DNA of 64,000 nucleotides from Stegostoma tigrinum (lineage: Eukaryota). The notes beneath the pieces were generated by a model. The model had not been told where the DNA came from. It searched no databases and saw nothing but the letters and a program-made list of their open reading frames with translations. Below, in pieces: positions 50,894 through 62,310 of this stretch. Made by a program: the position numbers and the translations under genes. Numbering within the stretch: position 1 is the stretch's first letter; every line of letters begins with the position of its first letter. Where the stretch lies: NCBI RefSeq assembly GCF_030684315.1, contig NC_081358.1, forward strand, positions 12,012,142 through 12,076,141. The letters are read 5' to 3'.

Positions 50894-53049
50894 AATGCTA
50901 CTTTTTAAAAAAAGAAATGTAGAACAGAGACATGGAACTGAATCTTACATCGTTTTGGCTAAGTGCAAGCTGTGTTGAGTCTTTTTTAGATGATTTTTGG
51001 CTGTGAGACCCTGCAATTTCTTTATTTTTTTCTTCATCTTGGCAAATTCACCTGAGTATCTACCTGCCCTGCCCCGATGGAGTCCCGCTTTTCTGATTGC
51101 GGCCACTCTGATGGGGTGGAATAGTGTAAGTGTAAGTGCTACCGTCTTCACTCTCCTCCAAACGTTCGCTCTTTCTTTGATACAAGACCCACCTCCCAGG
51201 AGGACTCGTGCTATATAATTCTCACTGAGAAATCTGTAGCACCACTAGCTCTGCATGTCCTCAGTGCTGCCTACTCACTCGCTCAGGATACTTTTCCAGC
51301 TGCACAAGGAATAGCAGCCACGCCACAGGCTTTCATCTCCATTAGTACTCGCTTCAGTCTCATTCCAAGAGAAAATCAACCAAAATGGAGCAGAAAATGT
51401 CAAGAGTGTGGTGGGCTGCCCAAATTCAGCCCCTCATACTTTATGAGAGGATCCTGATTCTGACTGAGTGACTGGCCATATCGAACCCCCTGTGGAATCG
51501 TAAGGTGCTTGTGACTTATGTATTGGGACCTCCTGAGAAAAGGCTCTCTCCGATGACTTGCCTGAGGCCTAGTAACTACCACGATGAGTTTCCTGACTTT
51601 GTGTCTGCACTAAATGACACGGCAAGGCAATAATACCAAGATGTTAGTGCAAAAAATTCAACATCTTTTGGAGTAAGCAATTAGCCGTGGACCCATTCTG
51701 TCTTCCTCATTGAGAATTCTTGATGTCTAGTTTGCTCAGCAAATTTCTTAAGACAAGAAGCTGAATATTAATGAGGTGAGCTGAACCAAACCAATAATAA
51801 AGCATATAACAAGCAATAATCACTTTTAATTCGCACCTTGCAGCAGACTCGTCAGAACTTTACCTCGCGATGCATAAAAGATGGAAAGATGATCCAGACT
51901 TTGGGACTACCACAAGACTTCTCGGTAATTCTGCTCCAAATCTGACCATAGCTCTCAAATTTCAGGCCTCAATAAAATTCCACCCAGTTGCTATATGTAC
52001 TCACATCTTTGAATGTGGTAAGCTAAGTAGGGAAGATTCTTTAAAGAGGGCTCCTGGCTTTATAAATAGAGGCATCGATCACACCAGCAAGGATTCATGC
52101 AAAACGTTTATAGAACATTGCTGAGGGCCCAGATGGAGTTTTATAGTCATTTTGGGGCAATACGCTTTGAAAAGATTTGAATTGATTTGATTTATTTATT
52201 GTCATGTGCATTTTATTCCAAAGCTGTCAAGACCTTGGGTGAGTGTGAAGGAGATTTGCTAGAATGGTACTGGTGGGGTAAGAAAAACTTCAGTCATGTT
52301 GAGAGAGAAACTATGGTCATTCTCCTTGAAGGCAGAGGATGAAAGGAAAAATTGTTACCAGATATGTCACTTCATTCTCAGACGTACTACTGATAGTGAA
52401 ACCTGGAGGATCCCTTTGAAAGCTTCATTCCAGTCTGGAAAATTCCACTCACCATTGCTCTCCCTCTTCCTGAACTAACTTAAAACAAAGTGTCTTACTG
52501 TTATGGTCCATGCGTTTTCCAAAGAAGTTAACATTTTGGTACTTTTATCAAACGCTTTCTGTAAATTCTTAAGGCCAGCATCAACTGCACTTTCAATTAC
52601 CCTTTCGGGTATGTCATCAAAAAAACTTAATCAGTTAAATAGATATGATTTGTGTTTAACAAATCCATTCTGTCTGGCCCTTTTTACTCATACTTCTCCA
52701 GGTGAGAATTTAACTTTTGTCTTCAATGTTGGTCCCACTACTGACATTCAACTGGGCTTTTGTTAGCAGGTTTATGGTAATCCAAATTTGAATGGTAACA
52801 CTTAAGTGTTCTGATGTCATGGAAATGTAAAGGATGTTTAAAGATTGTGATCAGAGCTTAATCTTAAACTATCTCAATGCTAGCTTCCTTCAATAACCCC
52901 GTTGCCTAGTTGAGATATAATCAAAGAACCAGCATGCTATTGTTGGTAAAATGATCCCACACTGAAAAATCTGATTAATGACGTCAGTCTGTGCACATCC
53001 AGTCATGAATTTTAATAGATAATAAAAAACGAACATGAAGAGGCTCCAA

Positions 53050-54425
53050 TCCCATTCTTGCAATGTTGGACCCAGCACATATGTTAAAGATCAGGCAGAA
53101 GCATTCACAACCATCTTCAGCCTGAGGTGCTGACTGATTTTATTGTTGTCGCATGCAGCGAGATACAGTGAAAAGCATTGTTTCGCATGCTACACAGGCA
53201 GATCATATCATATAAAGAAGGAGAGTGCAAAATAAGTGTTCAATGGCAGAGCACGTGCAGAGAGAGATCAGAATTAACAATTGATAGATCTGTTCAAAAG
53301 TCTAACAGCAGAGAAGAACGTTGTTCCTGAATCTGTTCATACGTGTGCTCAAATTTTCTTCTGGCCGACAGAAGTGGGTGGAAGTGCGTATAACTGGAAT
53401 GGGAGGGGTCTTGATTATAAGTGGATCATCCATACTAACTTCCATCTGAGGTCAGTATCATCACAATGAGACAAATGAAGGCTTATGGGTCCATGACATT
53501 TCAGCTGTAGTGCAAAAGAGTTTTGCTCTAGAACTAGCCTCACCTCTAGCCAAGCTGTTCCAGTTGAACTCCTGACCTCTGACCAATTCGAAAATTGCCT
53601 TGTTTTGCCCACTCCAATATGAACAGGATAAAGCCGATTTGGCTTAGTATTGCTTCATTAGTTGACTTATCAATCATTAAAGTGACAGAAGGTGTCAGCC
53701 CACAGTGCTGTCATTAATATACTGAGCAGTGATGCTCAATCTAGGTTTCACCAGGGTCATTTCACTCCAGATCCAATTGGTATCTTGGTGTAAACATGAA
53801 CAAAATGCTAAATTCCAGAGGTAGTGGGAACTGCCGGTGCTGGAGAATCTGAGACAACGTGGAATAGAGCTGGATGAACACAGCAAGCCACGCAGCATCA
53901 CAGGAGCAGGAAAGCTGATGTTTCGGTGATTTCTGAAGAAGGGTCTAGGTCCGAAATGTCAGCCTTCCTGCTCCTCTGATGCTGCTTGGCCTGCTGTGTT
54001 CATCCAGCTCTACATCACTAAATTCCAGAGGCTAGATGAGAGTGACTTACCAGCACATCACAGCAACATTCTGACTATGAGAGGCCAAGGAGTGTGGCAA
54101 AAACTAGAGTCACTGAGAATCAGGCTGGAAAACCTTCACTGAAGTCATAACCTGCACAATTACTGGAGGCCAAACTTCTCAGCCCCAAGAGATCTCTACA
54201 GGAACTTTCCTAGGACAAAGACATAGACCATTTCCAACTGCTTCATCAAAGACATCCTGCCTTCTAATGTTCAGAAATTGGAATGCTGGCTATTGATTCC
54301 AGTTCACCATTTCATTTCAAACAAGAATTGGACAACAGTCAACCCAGCACTGATAAGTGGCAAGTTACATTTATACCATACAACTGCAATTGTCTCAAAC
54401 AGAACAGGCTAATCACTTCCCTTGA
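53050..54425 (+). mobile_element. Old LINE fragment (second copy at about 9265-9650), host of the 53822 palindrome
   Basis: Shares gaggctcca..atc, accatcttcagcc, gctccagaact..cc..tagccaagctgttcca with 9330-9640; RT-like decay downstream; clade not determined. Confidence 0.55.
53822..54017. mobile_element. Palindromic PLE-terminus element; plus-strand core CTGAAGA..GAAA at 53933-53960
   Basis: Inverted arms plus left tail; TSD ctaaattccagagg at 53808-53821 and 54018-54031. Confidence 0.9.
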
Positions 54426-54547
54426 GATACAGCATAATTAATGATGAGGAAGGATAAGGCCATGGAGTGATCCAAACACAAGTCTTGAGATTTTTGAAAT
54501 TTGAATGATTGAATGACTTGTTTTGGTCAGTAAAGCAAAACGGTAAA

Positions 54548-54915
54548 GTAGACAATCCAGGAAATTATAGGCCAGTGAGCCTCACATTGCTGGTAGGGAA
54601 ATTATTGGAGAAGATTGTTAGGGACAGGATTTACTCTCATTTTGAACAGAATGGATTCATTAGGAATAGTCAGCATGGTACTGTGTGGGATGGGCTTGCC
54701 TCACGAGTTTGATTGAGCTTTTTGTGGAAACGGTGAAAATGATTGTGTGTAGGGCAGCAGATGTAGTCTGCATGGACTTTAGTAAAGCATTTGACGGATG
54801 TGTGAGCAGGCAGGAATAGAGGGATACAGGCCACATGCAGGCAGGTGGGATTAGTTTAGAATGGCATGGTGAGCCAAAGGGCCTTTTCCTGTGCTGTATG
54901 GTTCCATGTTCTACA
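54548..54915 (+). mobile_element. Internally deleted CR1 (RT start fused to 3' UTR)
   Basis: DNPGNYRPVSLTLLVGKLLEKIVRDRIYSH...gactttagtaaagcatttga followed directly by 3' UTR-type gaatagagggatacagg...cctgtgctgtatggttccatgttcta. Confidence 0.8.
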
Positions 54916-55404
54916 TTCTTGTTCTTAATTAGCAAAATGTGATAGTAGAATTAGCAACAGCGCCATCAGATAACGTCGGCACACCACTGAGCTCTTCACC
55001 AGTGTTAATTCTGACCCTTTAAAATTGTTACCTGCTGTAGCCTTTTCTCTGAAGCTAAGTTTCACAAATTCACAGCACTGTCAACCATCGTACATCATGT
55101 GAGAAAACTTGTTTCAGTCAGGTGCAATTCAATCAATAAGAAGTTGAAGTCATTGCAGATGATGTCAATATCAAAAACAGAAATCCCAAGAGTAATTTCA
55201 TTAAGAGGCCTGCTTCAAGCACAAAGTAACACCATACAAAACAGCCAATATTGCTTATCACTCCATCAAATCAAACAGTCTGGGTGAGAACTACAGCAAC
55301 TGGAGTTTGTATAATGTTCACAGGTAAGGGCATTAACAGGTGTGGTTGGTTGAAGATCTAGGGACTGGAACTGTTCAGGAGGGAAAGGTTACATTAAACA
55401 TTTT

Positions 55405-56000
55405 AGGAACATAGAAAGAGGAAGAGCTATTCTCTCACATCTGCTCCACCATTTAATGAGATCACTGCTGACCTGTCATTTCAATTATAAAAATAAGTTC
55501 GATAAACAATCATCATCTACACAAGACATTGCCAAGCTTCCACCACTCCTTGCATAAAGTGCTGTTTCACAATTTTCATCAAAAAAATGTTTGGTTTTAA
55601 TTGTTTTTAGGCAATGACTGCTCACTTTGTGGAAATTGCTTATGTATATCTCCCACATATTGATTATCTTCAACACTGGTTCAATAGACCACTAACCTCC
55701 CAAAAGAACCAGTAGTTTGTGCATTCTTTTCTCCTAGCTTTCCAATATATCTACGTGTCACTTCCTCAAAAAGGTGATATGATTTGGTGCCCAAACTGTT
55801 CACAGTACTGCAGGTCTGACAAAACCAGGGCTTCGGATAGCTAAAGCGTGACTCACACCCCTTGTATTCTAGCCTTCTAAATACAAAGTCCAGCTTCCTA
55901 CTGGGCCTTTTGATTATTTTCTGCACCTGCTCATGACATTTTCATGATCCATGTGGATGGTCTTCAACAATCTTTGGCCTCACTGTCCTGTTTTTCACCA
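55405..56000 (-). mobile_element. Old CR1 3' fragment
   Basis: QKIIKRPSRKLDFVFRRLEYKG on minus; gaacatagaaa..gctccaccatttaatgagatca typical of a CR1 3' end. Confidence 0.6.
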
Positions 56001-59000
56001 TTTAGCAAGCTCCTGATTGATCCTTGACAAATACCAGGGGGGATGATCTCTTACACGGAAATGCATTTACCACAATTTTGTCCATCCCCTTAAATGTATT
56101 CATTTTGGCCATTTTTTGCATTAATTTACATTATTTGCCTTCTAAAAGATATCTTTGTTGCTTTTTAGTTAAGGGCCAAAATAGCAATATTTCCTTTTCT
56201 GGACATCACTATACAGAATGCATTTTGCTACAGTGAATTCAAAATGACGCTGGTCTAGCAGCGCTGGTGGAGACAAAAAACAAAGAGAATTCTTTGAGTC
56301 CATTATAAGTCTTCTTCAGAACTTCACATTCCATCACTTAAATCTTTAATAAGCAGTGAATAGTTGAAGCCCATTATGTTAGCCATTTGTCCTTGCTGGA
56401 CACCTCTTGTCACTTTCTGCTGAAACCTACCCATTATCATCACCGTGTCTATAGCTCAGCTGACTTCTCAGTCAGGTCAATAACTTGAGTTCAATATCAT
56501 GGACTTAGCTAACAGTCCCTCAGGAGGGAATTTCAGTGGTGACCTGGATTTACACTGAGACACATGCGCACACACAAGCTTGTGGTCGAGAGCGTACAGG
56601 GTCCTGGGTGGGGATGTGCAAGATCGCTGGTGCATGTGTAAATGGACTGGAGAGGAACATGATCAAGATGTAACAGGGTTGAGGGTAGAGAATATGGTGA
56701 GACTTTTCATCTGGATCGTGTTCTCACTGTCTCATTCCACATCTTGCAACCCCAGGACACAGTTCACCCTCTCCACAGTTCTCCATGTCATTCCCCTTCC
56801 ATTCGCCTTCCAATTCTTTCATCTTCAGGTTTCCCCTTCTTACCCTATTACTAAGCTTCTCCCTCTCCTCTCCCAACCACATGTCTCCTTCTTTTTCTCC
56901 CAACTACACCGCTGTCTCCATCTCCCTTCCAATTCCTCTCTCCACCTGAGATTGTCCTTCTTCCCTCCAACCTCCAGCTCTTCCCTCTCTGTCCCCTACC
57001 ATTTCCACCTCCGCTCTCTTCACCACCTCTGACCTGCTGACCCTCTCGAAGCAAGCAGCAACATCTTAGAAACACAGCTAGCAGAAGGGGTGGGGATTTT
57101 GGGGCAGTGGGGGACTTCTGTTACAGATTAGTAGATCAGTAAAAGGGAGTGAAGGAGAGAGAGAGAGATGAAATTTTGTGATGGAAAAGCCTGGAGAGAA
57201 AAGATACAGAAGGGACAATTGTGCAATTGTGGGTGACAATGAAACAAACAAAAAAATATATATAATTATCTGGTTATTCATAGCTGCTCCGGCCATGAGA
57301 TCTGCTGTTATGGTAGATCGCACTTGTCTGTCTTGCACCTTCCACACACATCCATTGGGATTTGCCTGGAACCACTGTGTCATCCATCATCCTACTACGC
57401 TTAGGTCAACCCTCATTCTGCTGACATTCACCTTTGTCTTCTCAAAGAGATTGTTGTAGCTTTACAGCTCTGAACAATAGCCAAAATAGCACAATTCTCT
57501 TCTCTAGATGTCACTTTATAGAAGGTATTTTGCTACGGTGCACCTCTATCCGTCTTTTTTTTAAACTTATGTCTTAGCATCCAACGGCATCACTTCTCTT
57601 TGTTGATCTTTATCTTTTGCACAAGTGTCTAGCGCATACAGGAAAGTGGATACAATTTAGCATCTTATCTTTCTTTCCTTATGACAAGCTTCAGTTTACT
57701 TGCTGCTAATATATCATTCATCTTCACAAAATTACTTCTGGCCACATCAATCCTTCCCTCACTTTAGCATCACATTTATTTCCTTACGTTATCGTTTGCC
57801 TTAAACAGACAAATTTATCTCATGATTCCAGGGTCACACTATCTATTTCAATGTTCACTCGTTTCTAATAACGTATTTCTTCTAATTATCATTGACCCTT
57901 GTCTTTTTGGGGTTCATACGTAATCCATATTCTAAACTTCTGATTCTGCAAGTCATGTTGCGCCTTAAGTGTACCATAAGTTTGTTATTTTCTTGCCTCC
58001 AACTTTCACCCCTGGAAGTATTTGTTCTTGGTACAGATTGAATAATTTTGGCAAAAAGATACAGCCTTGCCATATTCTTCCTTTCCCATTCAACTGTCCC
58101 TTTTCTCACCTAATGCTCGCTATTTAACTGCAACATTTAGGCTCTACGTAAATCTTACATCTTTCCTGTCAATGTCGCATATCAGTGACACTTCTATTCT
58201 CTTTTGGTGACAAACAGAACTGACTCCGTTCTCACTGCACAGTATGTGATTCATATATAATTAGTTTTGTTTAATTTTAGGGATTTATTGAAGAATGTCA
58301 CCCAGTCCGTATTCCACTAATTTCTGCTTCAAAATGAACTATTGATTTTTTTCTCATGATTTTCAAGAGCCTTTTGAAAAGACAATTCATTAAGCACAGA
58401 GCTTGAAAATGATTGCATACCTTTGGCTTAGGTTTCTTAGGCATCAATAAGAATGATGGTCTCGAATGTCATTTAGAATGTATCTTTTGATATCTAAGTG
58501 ATCACAAATCTCTGTTATCACTTCTAATTCTGTTTATCCAAAGGCTTTTAAATGTTCTCTTCTTACTTCATCTAAGCCTGAATATAGTTTCCTGTATAAT
58601 ATATTCTTTACCTTCAATATCATAATGTTTGGTCCATCATTTGCCTCTTTATCTTGAGGGATCCCGGCAACAGTAGAACCTGCTATCAGCACCTGCTCTC
58701 TGAAAGAAATGGGTGTGGTGGTTATGATCTATAGTTATTGAACTCAGCATCGAGTTCATAAAATTGTAAAGTGAAAAACTACCAATGTCAGTGCTCATAG
58801 CAGAGTCAAAGTGCCTCCGAACAATCATTGCTAGAGTTCACACATTTATTGTGTTTATGTTAGGGATGCAGTAGCAGTATAAATTCTAAAACAAAAGCAC
58901 ACAACATACAGAGTTAAAGTTCAATCAATTCATATGGCACTTTAGAATAAGATTCTAACCCTTGATAAGAGGAAGTCATTTATGTTTCAAAATTTCTTGC

Positions 59001-59668
59001 CTCCCGTCGTTTTACTTCTTCCTCTTAAGGGGGCTTGTGATTCAAGATGGCTCAACATAATTACGCATCAACATTATTGTACACAAATTCCTCATGCTCT
59101 TGATTGTGCAGTGACCATATGGAAGGTGATTAGTCTTTCAATGAATATTTGTGGTGTGTGTTTTACAGCTGACTCCATTAAACTGTATCATCCATTAACT
59201 ATCCCCACTAAAGGAAGCATAGGGATGGCTTATGTAGTACAGTATATATTCACAACACATTACCATACTAGCTCCTCTTCGCCATCCCATCCGACTCCAT
59301 TCATAAGATTTTTTTTTCCCCTCACTGCAACCACAATAATCTAAACTGGCATTTCAGCACAGCACTGGGGCAACTGAAACAGACATTGACACAGGCACAA
59401 ATCTGTTATTGGCTGGATACACAAACCAAAAAGAAGATTTCGCCTAACAGCAACGTGTCAATGCCAAGATTTATTCTTTAACTGAAAGCAGTTGGCTGGG
59501 CAATAAGCTCATTGCTGATTTTGGACATTGTGTTGAATACTTCGGCTGTCCTACTTATTGCATGAAAACAATAGCTAGGGTCCAAGAAGTCTTTCACTTA
59601 AAAATAAATCCTTTATAACGTCTTAAGATTGGGATGGCACCAAATATATGCAAATTCTTTGCACTGTA

Positions 59669-60020
59669 GGTGAGACATGGTGTCTGTGGTTAGCACTGCT
59701 GATTTACAGCACTAGGGACCTGGATTCAATTCCCTCCTTGCTTACTGTCTGTGTGGAGTTTGCATGTTCTCTCCATGTCTGTGCAGGTTTCCTCCGGGTG
59801 CTCTGCTTTCTTCCCATAGTCCAAAGATGTATAGGTTACGTGGACTGGCCACGCTAAATTGCTTGTAGTGTTCAAGGATGTGTAGATTAGGTGGATTAGC
59901 CACAGGAAATGTGGTGTTACAGGATATAGTGGAGTCTAGATCTATGTGGGATGCTCTTTGGAGGTTCTGTGTAGACTTGATGGGCTGAATGGCCTCCTTC
60001 TGTACAGTAGGGGTTCTATG
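59669..60020 (+). mobile_element. Older HE1/V-SINE copy
   Basis: gtggttagcactgctg, ggattcaattccc, ctgtgtggagtttgcatgttctc...gtttcctccgggtgctct...gtccaaagatgt. Confidence 0.85.
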
Positions 60021-60339
60021 TATTATGACCTTTTTCTTTTAGAGATGGAGTAACACAAGAAGTGCATCATGGGCACTAGACAGAACAAGGTTTGTAGTTC
60101 CTTCATGACTGGGATTCAAACTGGGATTTGCCAGTTCTGCCATATTGGGTACAGCCAATAGTGAGGAAGGCTATGGAAGCAGAGATGGACAGATTCTTGG
60201 TAAGCACACGGTGATAGCTTATCGGATGTAGGCAGGAACGTGAAGTTGGGGTTACAGTCACATCAGCCATGATCTTGTTAAATGGTGGAACAGGCTCGAA
60301 GTGTCAAAGGTCTACACTTGATCCTAATTCGTATGACAA

Positions 60340-61065
60340 TTACGAGACAGTTATAAACTTGTAAAATGGGCAAATGAAGTGTGAGACTTTACATGTTAAG
60401 AGAAACAAAGTGATCACATATTACTTGGAAAATAAGAACATGGATAGACATGGAGAGCGGATGGATCAGGAAAACAAATTTTCAAATCACTGTAAGCAAA
60501 GTTTAATCGCACATTCATGAAAGGAGAAACCAAAGGCTAAAGTTTAGCTCTAAAGGGGCACAACTGTAGAATAGGAAAAGCATGCTAAACATGTATCTAA
60601 CCATGGATGGTATACCAAATACTGTTTTTGTCGCTGTGATTTAAAAACAATTTGGAGGCACTGGAGATGTTATAAAAATAGGTTTACAAACATTATATCA
60701 GAACTATGAGATTACACCTATTAGGAGAGGATGAATAACTCGCTCTCTTTTCTCTTGTGGGATAAAAGGCAAGGGAGTCTTCAAAATTATGAATGGTTTT
60801 GATAGAAGTAGATGTAGACATTCTGAGAAATTAAATAGGAAACTGAGAAAACATGATTTTTCAATTTAGTATTGTAAGAATGTGGCACTTACCACCACAG
60901 GGAATAACTTAGGTGAATTGCATTTAAGCAACAGCTGGACGAGCAGGTGAGGGATAGTGAAATACAGGTAGATGACAAAGTTTGGGAAGTGACTCGAGTG
61001 GCAGATAAATGCTAGGAAGGATTGGTTCAGTTGACTGGCCCGCATCTGTGATGTAAATTCTATAG
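60340..61065 (+). mobile_element. Very old CR1-like fragment
   Basis: gaggcactggag...tttacaaa...tcttcaaaattatgaatggttttgatag resemble CR1 ORF2 C-terminus; heavily decayed. Confidence 0.55.
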
Positions 61066-61199
61066 AACTCTACATAACCTTCACTACTGTAATAATACAA
61101 TTCAAACTTCTCAAGTCACGCCGTAAAACTGAAGTCCCTCACATTCCAGTGTCACTCTACAAAATCCATTCTGCAATCGCTCTCTAGCACCTTGACATC

Positions 61200-61810
61200 C
61201 TTCCTAAAGTCAAACATCATTCTCCATCTGAGCCCAAAGCAAAGGTTTAACATGAGCTTCCTTTTCTTGCCTCTATTTATAAAACCAAGGATGCTGAATG
61301 CCTTTTTAAACAGCCTTCGCGACTTGCTCTGCCAACTTCAATTTTTTTTTCCACGCACTCCAAAGTTGGGTTTGTTCAATGCACCAGTTTTTAAAATTAC
61401 TACTTTCAGTTCATAAAGTCTCTCCTCATTCTTCCTACCAACAGGATCACTGCACATTTAATTGTGATAAATTTCATCTCTCATACATCTGCCTATCTCA
61501 GTTGATGTCCATATCCTCGTAAAGGCTGCTATCTTCTCATTAATTCCCACATTTAAAATTGTGTCATCTGCAAAGTTTGATACTATATCCTGTGATACCC
61601 AAGTCCAGGTCATTCATGTACAAAGGGAGCATAAATACTGATATACATGTATTCCCCTCAGTCTGAAAACAACAATTTATAACCTTTCTGCTCAGTTTCA
61701 TTTCTCTGCAACATCTTTAATCCCAAATCTGCTTATAAGTCTGTTATGTGACTTCTTGTGAAACGCCTTTGAAAGCCCACATTCACAATGTCAACCACAA
61801 TACCCTCATT
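61200..61810 (-). mobile_element. Very old CR1-like RT fragment
   Basis: gtgtcatctgcaaagtttg (antisense of FADDT) at about 61561; aacgcctttgaaagcc (antisense of FxKAF) at about 61762. Confidence 0.6.
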
Positions 61811-62190
61811 AAATTGACTGACTGTTTTTGATAAATAATAAAAGCCTATTCAGACGAATAGAAAGCTATTGCACAGAAAGCGGTCATTTGGCTCATTGGG
61901 ACCACGCTGGCTCTTTGCAGGAGGAATTCACTCAGTACCACCACCCTGCAGCACTCTTGGGAATTCCCCAAATCTTGTTTGAAAACCATAATTGAATCTG
62001 CCCCCGATCACTCAATCATTGCATTCCAGATCTTAAGCAATCACTGCACAAAAGAAACCACATTTCTTATCTCATCATTGCTTCTCTTGCCAATCACCTC
62101 AAATATGTGCCCTCGTGAAAATTTTTCTCCCTATCTTCCCTGCCCAGTTTCCCTATGATTACAAATATATCTATCAAATCTCCCTTTCCA

Positions 62191-62310
62191 AAGAAGGGTC
62201 TAGGCCCGAAACGTTCCTGCTCCTCTGATGCTGCTTGGCCTGCTGTGTTCATCCAGCTCTACACCTTGTTATCTCAGATTCTCCAGCATCTGCAGTTCCT
62301 ACTACCTCTG
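62191..62310 (+). mobile_element. Single-arm PLE terminus with tail, 5'-truncated inside the hammerhead core
   Basis: aagaagggtctaggcccgaaacgt...gattctccagcatctgcagttcctactacctctg; TSD aaatctcc(c)tttcca at 62176-62190 and 62311-62324. Confidence 0.88.

Noticed and set aside
10592-62310. Recurrent ctggatgaacacagcaggccaagcagcatc as CRISPR repeats or as DNA-transposon MITE TIRs
   Set aside because: Dispersed rather than arrayed, in eukaryotic context; long variable TSDs, asymmetric arms and identity with PLE termini argue against both
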